Assembly: GCA_002269645.1 (NCBI GenBank)
Contig: NIVC01003732.1
Location: forward strand, 1 to 64,000
Reading direction: 5' to 3'
Source: Macrostomum lignano
Taxonomy: Eukaryota
Length of the DNA: 64,000 bases
How positions within the stretch are numbered: the first letter of the stretch is position 1; each line of letters starts with the position of its first letter. A program made the position numbers and the translations under genes. Shown piece after piece: positions 32,901-45,710 of the stretch. The notes under the pieces are model-generated. The model was not told the DNA's origin and made no database searches. It worked only from the letters and a program-made list of their open reading frames with translations.

Positions 32901-33260
32901 TCAAGGCAGAACTGAGGGCGATTCTCAAGGCAGAACTGAGGGCGATTCTCAAGGCAGAACTGAGGGCGATTCTCAAGGCAGAACTGAGGGCGATTCTCAA
33001 GGCAGAACTGAGGGCGATTCTCAAGGCGGAACTGAGGGCGATTTTCAAGGCAGAACTGAGGGCGATTCTCAAGGCAGAACTGAGGGCGATTCTCAAGGCA
33101 GAACTGAGGGCGATTCTCAAGGCAGAACTGAGGGCGATTCTAAAGGCAGAACTGAGGGCGAATCTCAAGGCAGAACTGAGGGCGATTCTCCTATGAGAAC
33201 TGAGGGCGAATCTCCTATGGGAACTGAGGGCGAATCTCCTATGGGAACTGAGGGCGAATC
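29992..33260. repeat. 24-bp satellite array (GGCAGAACTGAGGGCGATTCTCAA), more than 130 units
   Basis: Highly homogeneous 3.3-kb array between the two VAP genes. Confidence 0.98.
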
Positions 33261-33509
33261 TCTAAGGGATTACCAGATTTCATGGATCTAGCACAAAATT
33301 AGCAAACATGAACGCAAAAAAGACATTATTAATAATTATACGACTAAAATTACTGGGTTTCAATAGCGCGGTGTTACGTAAATTACCAGATTTTAATAGG
33401 CATCATATTTTTCGCGAAAAAAAGCGAATAAAAAGAAATGTCAGATTTGACGCCAGTTTGAAGTGTCCCAGAATCCAATCAGTGATGAGGCGCCGCAGTC
33501 TATATAATT

Positions 33510-35582
33510 TCACAGGATAAACTTGCCAACAATGAGGCCCAACACTAGGGCCAATACCAGGAACAAGACAGGCGGCAGGGCCAGCACAGATTGCTGCTGC
33601 TGTTGCTGCATTTGGCCCATTGAAGCCTCGGACTGCTGCTGCTGCTGCTGCAAGTCGCTAGATTTGGTATCCCGCATAGCCAGCTTTCGGAGCCGCAGCT
33701 CCTGCTCCTGCAGCCTGGCATTGTCGTCTTTTAGGCGTTGAATCTCCGACTGTAGGCTGCGCAGCGAATCCGGACTGCCGGCCGCGGCGGCTGACGGGGC
33801 CGACGGCTCCTTTCTTGGCGCAGTCGGGCTGCTGCCGTCCTGCTGCTGCTTTTGCGGCTGCTTCGCCGCGGCTTGCTGCTGCTGCTGTTGGTTCTGCTTT
33901 TCTCCGGCTGGCGAAGGCGTAGAAGTGGCGGTTGCCTGGTTTGTGGGGTCCGCGCGGGCCTGGTCTGTACCGGGATCCAGGACCACCTGCGGGTTGATGG
34001 GGTATTAATGAGCGGAGTGAGGGATTTAGCGGCGAAAATGAAGGCGATTTCAATGGGATTAGTGGCAATTCCAATGGGATTAGTGGCAATTCCAATGGGA
34101 TTAGTGGCAATTCCAATGGGATTAGTGGCAATTCCAATGGGATTAGTGGCAATTCCAATGGGATTAGTGGCAATTCCAAAGGGATTAGTGGCAATTCCAA
34201 TGGGATTAGTGGCAATTCCAATGGGATTGGTGCCAATTCTATGGGATTAGTGGCAATTCCAATGGGATTAGTGCCAATTCTATGGGATTAGTGCCAATTC
34301 TATGGGATTAGTGGCAATTCCAATGGGATTAGTGGCAATTCCAATGGGATTAGTGCCAATTCTATGGGATTAGTGGCAATTCCAATGGGATTAGTGGCAA
34401 TTCCAATGGGATTAGTGCCAATTCTATGGGATTAGTGGCAATTCCAATGGGATTAGTGCCAATTCTATGGGATTAGTGCCAATTCTATGGGATTAGTGGC
34501 AATTCCAATGGGATTAGTGCCAATTCTATGGGATTAGTGGCAATTCCATTGGGATTAGTGCCAATTCCATCGGGATTAGTGGCATTTAATTGGGTTTAGC
34601 GGCATTTTATACGGATTTGCGAAAGTTCCATGGGGATTAGTGGTAATTTCAAAGGGATTCAGAAGGGCAGATTAGATTAACTGAAAGTCCAATGGGATAA
34701 ACTGCACAGAGACCCGTCTGTCACAAACCTTCAACTTGGAGTCCATCAGAGTCTCAGCCGTGGCAGATTTCCACAGTTCGTCCAGGCTTTCAACTGCGCC
34801 CGATTTCACCAGCAGGCTTTGGACCATGAATTTGTGGCGCGCCTTCTCGGCTGGATCGTATTCGAACGGTTGCAGCATGACGGCCACCTCCACTTCGCTA
34901 TTGGGCTGCACAAGCCCGCTGTTCGGCCTGACGCAGTACCGCTTTGGCGCCGTCGTCTTTACCTGCGTTAAATCAGCGAGATCTGGGAGATGGAGATCTG
35001 GGAGGTGGGGATCTGGGAGGTGGGGATCTGGGAGATGGAGATCTGGGAGGTGGGGATCTGGGAGATGGAGATCTGGGAGGTGGGTATCTGGGAGGAGGGG
35101 ATCTGGGAGGTGAGGATCTGGGAAGTGGGGATCTGGGAGGTGGGGATCTGGGAGGTAGGGATCTGGGAGGTGGAGATCTACGAGATGGGATTTGGGAAGA
35201 TAGTTGACATCAGGGAGGCTGGCCAGCAACTGAGGATCTGGGAGGCTGGCCCAGCAACTGAGGATCTAAGAGGCTGGCCCAGCAACTGAGGATCTGGGAG
35301 GCTGGCCCAGCAACTGAGGATCTGGGAGGCTGGCCCAGCAACTGACGCTCTGGGAGGCTGGCCCAGCAACTGACGCTCTGGGAGGCTGGCCCAGCAACTG
35401 AGGATCTGGGAGGCCCCAAGGCCCGAGAGTCATAAACAGGTAGCAGATAGAGCATTCACCTTGAAGGCCACAACATCGGACCCCGGGTTGCGCAGTCGCA
35501 GAGTCGAAGTCACAACCTTGTCAAAGGGACCACGGAAGGTCAGCTCCAACTCCGGCTTGATCTGCAGAATCTGGGTAGGCAT
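33510..35582 (-). CDS. VAP: VAMP-associated protein (VAPA/B-like), 3 exons, about 277 aa
   Basis: Exon 35582-35460 MPTQILQIKPELELTFRGPFDKVVTSTLRLRNPGSDVVAFK; exon 34962-34729 VKTTAPKRYCVRPNSG..HKFMVQS..MDSKLK; exon 33986-33510 coiled coil EIQRLKDDNARLQEQELRLRK and TM LFLVLALVLGLIVGKFIL. All introns phase 0. Confidence 0.93.
34050..34590. repeat. 21-bp minisatellite (CCAATGGGATTAGTGGCAATT), VAP intron 2
   Basis: Direct inspection. Confidence 0.95.
34980..35412. repeat. Compound 15-bp and 28-bp GATCTGGGAGG minisatellite, VAP intron 1
   Basis: Direct inspection. Confidence 0.92.
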
Positions 35583-36989
35583 GCCGATATTGAAAGTTGC
35601 TTGCTGATCGCAGAAACTGAAAGACGAAGAAGAGTGCAAAGGATTTTCCATACAAGCGAGCCTTAGGCGTCTTATATCACCTAGATTTCAGTTATGTGGC
35701 TGTGCCAGCAACACCAGTGTAAAAAGTGTTCAGTGTTAATAGATGATGAAGTCATGACTCATTTCATTTAATTAGTCATAAAATTGTAATCATGAACTTA
35801 TTTACATTAGGCAAATAAGTGACAAAAATTCCTTTTCTACTAATGTTTTGGCAGAAGAAAATTAAAAAATTACATGATTTTGCTTTCTAATGCTTTTACA
35901 ATAATTAGCAAAAAATAACTTTTGAAGGAAAAGGCTTGCATTAATAATGAATGAAATATGCATAAAAATTGCCTTTTTAATTTATTTAATAAACAAGTAG
36001 CTCAAATTTAAATTTTTTAAATTTTCTTTTACAAATAAAAATATAAAAACCAACATCATTTTATTCGCTAAAATAGTTTATATTTCTTAACATATTTTAG
36101 ACCCCAATCATAATCTTCATACATAATAGTATACTAGATTAATAGTATACCAGATGGTATCAATATTCATTTTTAGACAAGGTATAATAACAAACTATTA
36201 TAAGTTTTGTCTAGAAAATCTTAGATCTTTATTATGTAAAAAAAAAGAACAAAACCTTTAACATTCAAGAAGGAAATAAGAATAAATATTAGACTGCTAC
36301 CATATACATTAGACCACTAGGCCTACCAAAGTATAATAGACCACTATTAGAATACTTTAGACTGCTATTAGCAATGCTACCAAAAATGTATTAAAGTGCA
36401 TTTTATAGTAGATTTATAAAAATAGATTGTTAGGCCCTATATCCTAAAAAAGAATGGGCTCTTTTATATATTAAAAGGTCAATAGCCAACTATTAAGACT
36501 TAATTGAATAAGGGGTTTAAAGATAAAGAGACTTAAAATTTGAATAGAAACATAAACCTAAGCCCCTATTCAAGATTAGATTGATGTTGATTAATAATTC
36601 TAGCCTATAGTATATAAAAAGCCTAAAATAGATTGAAAACTAGTTATCTAAATTTTATATCTTCTATATAAAATATTTTTTGTGTAAATAAAATATTTAT
36701 AAAACCCTAAAATGGTTCTACCAAAGCTAGGCCTATATAGTATACAAGCTGCTAAAACCCGCAGATTTTGAACCCAGGGAATTCCAATCCCCGGAACTAT
36801 TTTTGCATATATTGAGATTAAACTCAAACAAAAACATTTGTTTTTGTTTGAGTTAGAGTTAATAACAATAATAGAGTTAATAGAGTTTGGATAGAGTTAA
36901 ACAAAAAATAGAGTACATTTGTGTAAAATTAGGATTTAAGGCAAACATTGATATTGTTGGCTGGGGTGCTGCACAGAATGTCAGGAAAA

Positions 36990-37460
36990 CTCTGGCCTCT
37001 ACCTCTGCCTCTCCCTATGTCCCTTGCATCTTTTGAAACTTCTATCTTCTCTTCTGTTTTCTCACTTCTCTCTTGTCTCTTCTTTCTCCTCTCATCTCTT
37101 CTTTCTTCTCTCCTCTGTCCCCTCTTCTTTTGTCTTTTCCCTCTATTTGTTTCTCTCTTCTTTCCTCTCTTCTCTCTCGTCTCTGCTCTCTCATCTCTCC
37201 TTTCTCCTCTTTTATCTCTTCTCATTTCTCTCTGCTCTCTCCTCTCTTTTCTCTCTCTGCTCTCTACTCTCTCTTCCCTCTCCTCTCCTCTCTTCTCACT
37301 CATTACAAATTACTCTCTCAACACTTCCCTTATCTCTCCTCTCTCCTTTCTCTTCTCTTCACTCTCTCCTCTCATCTCTTCTATCGTCTCTTTCCTTAAC
37401 TCTCTTCGCTTTCATATCTTTCCTTTCTCTTCTTTTATCTTTTCTCTCTTATCTCTTCTC

Positions 37461-37505
<45 letters not shown>

Positions 37506-37798
37506 CTCTTCTCTCTGCTCTCTCCTGTCTCATCTCTCTTCTCCTCTCTAATCTTTCCCCTCTCCTCTCATATATCATCTGTTCACTCTTATCTTTGCTC
37601 TCTCACCCCCTCTCTCTTCTGTCATCTCTACTTTCCTCTCTCCTGTGTACTCTTCTCTTTCCCCTCTTTCCTTACTCCTCTTTTCTCTTCCCTCTTCTTT
37701 ACTCTCTCCACTCTATTCTCTTCTCTCGTCTCTCTGCACTCTGCTCTCTCCTCCTTCATCTCTCATCTCTACTCTCTCATCTCTCCTTTTCTCTCTTA
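36990..37798. repeat. CT-rich low-complexity tract (continues at about 44100-44480)
   Basis: Direct inspection. Confidence 0.9.
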
Positions 37799-40700
37799 TC
37801 TTTATTACATTACATTACATTACATTACATTACATTACATTACAATAATACTAAAAATGGTCTGTCGGTATGTGTGTGTGTGTATGTGTGTGTGTGTGAT
37901 CGATTTTAGCAAAAACGGCTCAACCGATTTTCTTCAAACTTGCACTGTTCGATCAGAAATTTTCCCGTGACAGTACATGCATTGTGGCTAAGAAATTGCT
38001 TGATGCTAAAGGGATTAAATATTCGAAAAACATGCTTTTTTGCAAAGGTCAAGCAGCTCTTTCGACTTGAAATGCATCGTAAGAATGTTAGCAGAAAAAC
38101 TGACTGGTTGAATTCTGATTCTGAAATAGATTGCATCACAATACACTTTATTTATCGTCTGTGTACTGGCTGAATTTGACACTCAATTGAATTGCGTCAC
38201 AGCTTTGAGTGTGAAAGCATAGCGCAGTACTGAATTTATATTATGTAACCATATTGTAAACTTTCATAGACACTGGTACTGACTTGCCTAAGAAATTGAT
38301 TATGTCATAACTGCTTCGTGAGACTTTTTACTCTACCTGACTTGGTGTGAGTGTTGAATTATATAAGTGGTACAACATCACTGATAACTTCGATGAGAGC
38401 TAGCCTAGAGCTGAACAGACCAGACTGCTAATGCAGCGACCTAGGTTCGAATCTAAGTAGTTTAAAAGTAGTAGTGTAAATTTTTTTATTAAAAGGTTTT
38501 ATTAAAGGACTAAATAAAAACACTTAGATTACTGCACTCGATAAGCCAAGGATTATTGCTATTAATAAACCAAGGACTACTGCACTCGATAAACCAAGGA
38601 CTATTGCTCTTGGCAAACCAAGGATTACTGCACTCAAGAAGCCAAGGATTATTGCTATTAATAAACCAAGGATTACTGCACTTGGAAAACCAAGGATTAC
38701 TGCACTCGATAAACCAAGGACTATTGCTCTTGGCAAACCAAGGATTACTGCACTCAAGAAGCCAAGGATTATTGCACTTGGAAAACCAAGGATTACTGCA
38801 CTCGATAAACCAAGGACTATTGCTCTTGGCAAACCAAGGATTACTGCACTCAAGAAGCCAAGGATTATTGCTATTAATAAACCAAGGATTACTGCACTTG
38901 GAAAACCAAGGATTACTGCACTCGATAAACCAAGGACTATTGCTCTTGGCAAACCAAGGATTACTGCACTCAAGAAGCCAAGGATTATTGCACTTGGAAA
39001 ACCAAGGATTACTGCACTCGATAAACCAAGGACTATTGCACTTGATAAACCAAGGAATATTGCACTTGATAGGCCAAGGATTACTGCACTTGATAAACCA
39101 AGGATTATTGCACTTGATAGGCCAAAGATTACTGCGCTTGATAAACCAAGGATTATTGCACTTGATAAACCAAGGATTATTGCACTTGATAAGCCAAGGA
39201 TTACTGCGCTTGATAAACCAAGGATTATTGCACTTGATAAACAAAGGATTATTGCACTTGATAAACAAAGGATTATTGCACTTGATAAACAAAGGATTAT
39301 TGCACTTGATAAACCAAGGATTATTGCACTTGATAAGCCAAGGATTATTGCACTTGATAAGCCATGGATTATTGCACTTGATAGTAAAGAATGTTGCACT
39401 TGATAAGCCAAGGATTAATGCACTGGATTATTCAAGGATTATTGATATTAATAAACCAAGGACTACTCCACTCGATAAACCAAGGATTATTGCTCTTAAT
39501 AAACCAAGGATTACTGCACTTGGAAAACTAAGGATTACTGCACTCGATAAACCAAAGACTATTGCACTTGATAAACCAAGGATTATTGCACTTGATAGGC
39601 CAAGGATTACTGCACTTGATAAACCAAGGATTATTGCACTTGATAGGCCAAAAATTACTGCGCTTGATAAACCAAGGATTATTGCACTTGATAAACCAAG
39701 GATTATTGCACTTGATAAGCCAAGGATTATTGCACTTGATAAACCAATGATTATTGCAGTTGATAAGCCAAGGATTATTGCATCTGATAAACTAAAGATT
39801 ATTGCACTTGATAAACCAAGGATTATTGCACTTGATAAACAAAGGATTATTGCACTTGATAGGCCAAAGATTACTGCGCTTGATAAACCAAGGATTATTG
39901 CACTTGATAAACCAAGGATTATTGCACTTGATAAGCCAAGGATTATTGCACTTGATAAACCAAGGGTTATTGCAGTTGATAAGCCAAGGATTATTGCATC
40001 TGATAAACCAAGGATTATTGCACTTGATAAACCAAGGATTATTGCACTTGATAAACCAAGGATTATTGCACTTGATAAACCAAGGATTATTGCTCTTGGC
40101 AAACCAAGGATTACTGCACTCGATAAGCCAAGGATTATTGCTCTTAATAAACCAAGGATTACTGCACTTGGAAAACTAAGGATTACTGCACTCGATAAAC
40201 TAAGGATTATTGCTCTTGGCAAACCAAGGATTATTGCACTTGATAGGCCAAGGATTACTGCACTTGATAAACCAAGGATTATTGCACTTGATAAACCAAG
40301 GATTATTGCACTTGATAAGCCAAGGATTATTGCACTTGATAGGCCAAGGATTACTGCACTTGATAAACCAAGGATTATTGCACTTGATAAACCAAGGATT
40401 ATTGCAGTTGATAAGCCAAGGATTATTGCACTTGATAAACAAAGGATTATTACACTTGATAAACCAAGGATTATTGCACTTGATAAACCAAGGATTATTG
40501 CACTTGATAGGCCAAGGATTACTGCACTTGATAAACCAAGGATTATTGCACTTGATAGGCCAAAGATTACTGCGCTTGATAAACCAAGGATTATTGCAGT
40601 TGATAAGCCAAGGATTATTGCACTTGATAAACCAATGATTATTTCACTTGATAAACCAAGGATTATTGCACTTGATAAACAAATATTGCACTTGATAAAC

Positions 40701-43700
40701 CAAGGATTATTGCACCTGATAAGCCAAGGATTACTGCGCTAGATAAACCAAGGATTATTGCACTTAATAAACCAAGGATTATTGCACTTAATAAACCAAG
40801 GATTATTGCACTTGATAAACCAAGGATTATTGCACTTGATAAACAAAGGATTATTGCACTTGATAAACCAAGGATTATTGCACTTTATAAGCCAAAGATT
40901 ACTGCACTTGATAAACCAAGGATTATTGCACTTGATAAACCAAGGACTATTGCTCTTGGCAAACCAAGGATTACTGCACTCAAGAAGCCAAGGATTATTG
41001 CTATTAATAAACCAAGGATTACTGCACTTGGAAAACCAAGGATTACTGCACTCGATAAACCAAGGACTATTGCTCTTGGCAAACCAAGGATTACTGCACT
41101 CAAGAAGCCAAGGATTATTGCACTTGGAAAACCAAGGATTACTGCACTCGATAAACCAAGGACTATTGCTCTTGGCAAACCAAGGATTACTGCACTCAAG
41201 AAGCCAAGGATTATTGCTATTAATAAACCAAGGATTACTGCACTTGGAAAACCAAGGATTACTGCACTCGATAAACCAAGGACTATTGCTCTTGGCAAAC
41301 CAAGGATTACTGCACTCAAGAAGCCAAGGATTATTGCACTTGGAAAACCAAGGATTACTGCACTCGATAAACCAAGGACTATTGCACTTGATAAACCAAG
41401 GAATATTGCACTTGATAGGCCAAGGATTACTGCACTTGATAAACCAAGGATTATTGCACTTGATAGGCCAAAGATTACTGCGCTTGATAAACCAAGGATT
41501 ATTGCACTTGATAAACCAAGGATTATTGCACTTGATAAGCCAAGGATTACTGCGCTTGATAAACCAAGGATTATTGCACTTGATAAACAAAGGATTATTG
41601 CACTTGATAAACAAAGGATTATTGCACTTGATAAACAAAGGATTATTGCACTTGATAAACCAAGGATTATTGCACTTGATAAGCCAAGGATTATTGCACT
41701 TGATAAGCCATGGATTATTGCACTTGATAGTAAAGAATGTTGCACTTGATAAGCCAAGGATTAATGCACTGGATTATTCAAGGATTATTGATATTAATAA
41801 ACCAAGGACTACTCCACTCGATAAACCAAGGATTATTGCTCTTAATAAACCAAGGATTACTGCACTTGGAAAACTAAGGATTACTGCACTCGATAAACCA
41901 AAGACTATTGCACTTGATAAACCAAGGATTATTGCACTTGATAGGCCAAGGATTACTGCACTTGATAAACCAAGGATTATTGCACTTGATAGGCCAAAAA
42001 TTACTGCGCTTGATAAACCAAGGATTATTGCACTTGATAAACCAAGGATTATTGCACTTGATAAGCCAAGGATTATTGCACTTGATAAACCAATGATTAT
42101 TGCAGTTGATAAGCCAAGGATTATTGCATCTGATAAACCAAAGATTATTGCACTTGATAAACCAAGGATTATTGCACTTGATAAACAAAGGATTATTGCA
42201 CTTGATAGGCCAAAGATTACTGCGCTTGATAAACCAAGGATTATTGCACTTGATAAACCAAGGATTATTGCACTTGATAAGCCAAGGATTATTGCACTTG
42301 ATAAACCAAGGGTTATTGCAGTTGATAAGCCAAGGATTATTGCATCTGATAAACCAAGGATTATTGCACTTGATAAACCAAGGATTATTGCACTTGATAA
42401 ACCAAGGATTATTGCACTTGATAAACCAAGGATTATTGCTCTTGGCAAACCAAGGATTACTGCACTCGATAAGCCAAGGATTATTGCTCTTAATAAACCA
42501 AGGATTACTGCACTTGGAAAACTAAGGATTACTGCACTCGATAAACTAAGGATTATTGCTCTTGGCAAACCAAGGATTATTGCACTTGATAGGCCAAGGA
42601 TTACTGCACTTGATAAACCAAGGATTATTGCACTTGATAAACCAAGGATTATTGCACTTGATAAGCCAAGGATTATTGCACTTGATAGGCCAAGGATTAC
42701 TGCACTTGATAAACCAACCTGGATTATTGCACTTGATAAACCAAGGATTATTGCAGTTGATAAGCCAAGGATTATTGCACTTGATAAACAAAGGATTATT
42801 ACACTTGATAAACCAAGGATTATTGCACTTGATAAACCAAGGATTATTGCACTTGATAGGCCAAGGATTACTGCACTTGATAAACCAAGGATTATTGCAC
42901 TTGATAGGCCAAAGATTACTGCGCTTGATAAACCAAGGATTATTGCAGTTGATAAGCCAAGGATTATTGCACTTGATAAACCAAGGATTATTTCACTTGA
43001 TAAACCAAGGATTATTGCACTTGATAAACAAATATTGCACTTGATAAACCAAGGATTATTGCACCTGATAAGCCAAGGATTACTGCGCTAGATAAACCAA
43101 GGATTATTGCACTTAATAAACCAAGGATTATTGCACTTAATAAACCAAGGATTATTGCACTTGATAAACCAAGGATTATTGCACTTGATAAACAAAGGAT
43201 TATTGCACTTGATAAACCAAGGATTATTGCACTTTATAAGCCAAAGATTACTGCACTTGATAAACCAAGGATTATTGCACTTGATAAACCAAGGATTATT
43301 GCACTTGATTAATCAAGGATTATTGCTATTAATAAACCAAGGATTATTGCACTAGCTGAGAAGCTGATTACTGCGCTGTCTAAAAAAGAGATTATTGCGC
43401 TCGCTGAGACGTGGATTGTTGCACAACCTGAGAAAGCGATTATTGCATTAGCGGAAGTAACATTTGCACTAGCTACTTGCTGTCTCGTGGATGCTTTCTC
43501 TCGAGGGGGGATACTTGCTATTTGGGAGAGGGGGTACTGGCTACATGCATGGGATTCTTTCTATCCAGGGATGCTTGCTATTTAGGGATTCTTGCTATCT
43601 GCAGGATGCTTGCTATCTGGGTGGATGCTTCTATAATATCTGGGGGTGCTTGCTATCTGCAGGATGCTTCTATAATATCTGGGGGTGCTTGCTATCTGCA

Positions 43701-44095
43701 GAATGCTTGCTATCTGGGTGGATGCTTCTATAATATCTGGGGGGTGCTTGCTAATCTGCAGATGCTTGCTATCTGTGGTGATTCTTGCTATGAGCATTAG
43801 AGGATGCTTGCTATCTGCGATTGTTCACTTTTGGAGGGGGTTGCTTGCTGTCTTGGGAATATTTTCTATTTAGGGAAACGATATTTTGTTGACTGTTTGT
43901 TAATTTTAGAGAAAAAGTGATTTTTTAATTTTGCAAACATCTTAGTCCGTGACAATTTTACACGAATAAGGTGATTTTTTAAATGTGAAGAAGGAATTAG
44001 TGTTTAAGAAAATGTGTTTTTTTATTGTTTTCCATGAACTATTTTTGCTCCTTTCTTATTGGGCGCCCCGAAGGGGGGCCGCACTAGATTGCTAG
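37799..44095 (+). mobile_element. Putative non-autonomous Helitron carrying a large 24-bp array
   Basis: 5' A|TCTTTATTAC..AATAATACTAAAAATG-GTCTGTC-(GT)n..AAAACGGCTCAACCGATTTT; 3' CCCC-GAA-GGGG hairpin followed by CTAG|T at 44095; CT-rich tract on both flanks. Confidence 0.55.
38520..43350. repeat. 24-bp satellite (GATAAACCAAGGATTATTGCACTT) with a higher-order duplication of about 2.35 kb
   Basis: The unique variant GATAGTAAAGAATGTT occurs at 39380 and 41726 (offset 2346), and the ORF patterns are duplicated. Confidence 0.97.
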
Positions 44096-45149
44096 TTACA
44101 ATCTAATTTCTTTCCTCTCTCCTCCTCTTCCCTTTACTCTATCTCTCCTTTCTCCTCTTTTCTTTCTCTTTCTCTCATCTTTATCTTTTCTCTTCTCACT
44201 CCTCTCTCCCCCTCTTTCCCCCTCTTATCTCCTCTCCTCGATCCTTTCTAATCTCTCCTCAATCCTCTCCTCTCTTATCAATCCTGTCTTATCTCTCCCC
44301 CCTTCTCTCTCCCTCTTCTCACCTCTACTCTTTCCTCTCTCCTCTCTCCCCTCCTCTCACTTTTTCCTTGCATATTCTCTGCTCACTCCTTACCTCCTCA
44401 TATCTCTTGTTATCTTCTATTATTTCTATTATTTTTCTTATTCCCTTTTTGCCCTTCCTTCTCTTTCTAATAGTCTATTCTTTTTCTTTTCCACTCTTAT
44501 CTGGCCTGTAGCCATGAGCTGGATTCTTTATCTGGCCTTTGAAGTAAAAATCTACCAATCCTGCTTCGAAAGCCAGTTTTTGGGACATAGTTGTTATCAT
44601 TTTTCATCCTTTAATCATATCATTTTTCTGGCCAATTAGTAGCCCTAAGAGGAATCTCTAGCTCCACGAACACTACCACAGTCTGCAGTAGTCTAACAAC
44701 CAAGGACATGTATGCATTTCTTAGGAGCCATTTAAATTTTAAAGTACTTTATACAAAACTTAATGTTAAAAGTTTCATGGTGTAACTAATTTAGTAGAAT
44801 TGCATTGTAATCAGTTGTTTAAAAATTTTTCGCTATTTTTACAAATACAAACCATCCTGCTGCCCACATTGCCTTGGTTTGCCGCTGCTACAGACTTGTC
44901 CATACAAAGGACAGTGGTTTGGATCTCTCACTAAACTGTCATGGCTAAATGCAGCCTCTCCACGCGGAGGGGGGGGGTGCAGAGAAGGCTATTAAAAAGT
45001 TATTCCAAAACACTGTACATTTGCTATGTTACATTCAGCCCTATCACCTGACCCTTTGTCTGGGCTGGTGCTGGGAAAGTGAGCAGCCCAAACAACAGAA
45101 AAAGCAGACAAACTTCACATGCTTATAGTTTCTTTTTTGGTTGAGTTAC

Positions 45150-45710
45150 AGAGTTGAAACTTAACATTCAGATAAAGAATGAGTCAATGAAGAATTGTAT
45201 CAAGTTTAAGGTCAATCGCTTTACGTGGAGCAAACTTATGGCAGCTAAAAGTTAGTCAATTTTGAAACCCCTTTTACACATCTAGGCCCAGATCGGGAAA
45301 GAGAGGCAGGCGGGCGGAGGTTGGGGTGGTTGCTATGCTGAAAAAAACAGCCTAAATTTAAAAGTGCACAGCACAGCTTAGGATTAACTTTAAGACTCGA
45401 AATTTACATGATTGTGCTAAAATAGTTGAAGATTGTTTGTGTCAAATTTAAAGAGAATCGGTAAAAGTGGAGCGGAGCTAGGGGCCTATGGAGAATTTAG
45501 TGAAAAAATCACAAATTTTGAGCAGTTTTTTGTACTTTTAGATAGGAAGACTTGAGTCTAGAAAATTTAAAGGTAGTCTAAGACATTCTCTGTAGTAAGT
45601 TTAGGGTGGGTGTAAAGTTTGGTATCATTTGGTTGAGCAGTTTAGGAGTCCATAGTGAAGTAATTTGTTTATAGATAGACAGACAGAGTTTTGATTTTTA
45701 TATGTAGAGA
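45150..45710 (-). mobile_element. Helitron/Helentron (DINE-like) non-autonomous fragment
   Basis: Minus-strand 5' end A|TCTCTACATATAAAAATC followed by (CTGT)n and a typical AAACTGCTCAACCAAATGATACCAAACTTT segment. The 3' end was not found. Confidence 0.45.

Noticed and set aside
29840-33291. ORFs of more than 1100 aa (KAELRAIL, GRTEGDSQ and RIALSSAL repeats)
   Set aside because: Stop-free translations of a 24-bp satellite, open in several frames on both strands, with no unique domain.
36929-37970. Hydrophobic Ser/Leu-rich ORFs resembling multi-TM proteins
   Set aside because: CT-rich low-complexity DNA with no motif.
38510-43355. Long DKPRIIAL, INQGLLHL and KCNNPWFI ORFs
   Set aside because: They switch frames within the array and arise from satellite periodicity. 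Only the diverged right edge is kept as a coding-origin hypothesis.
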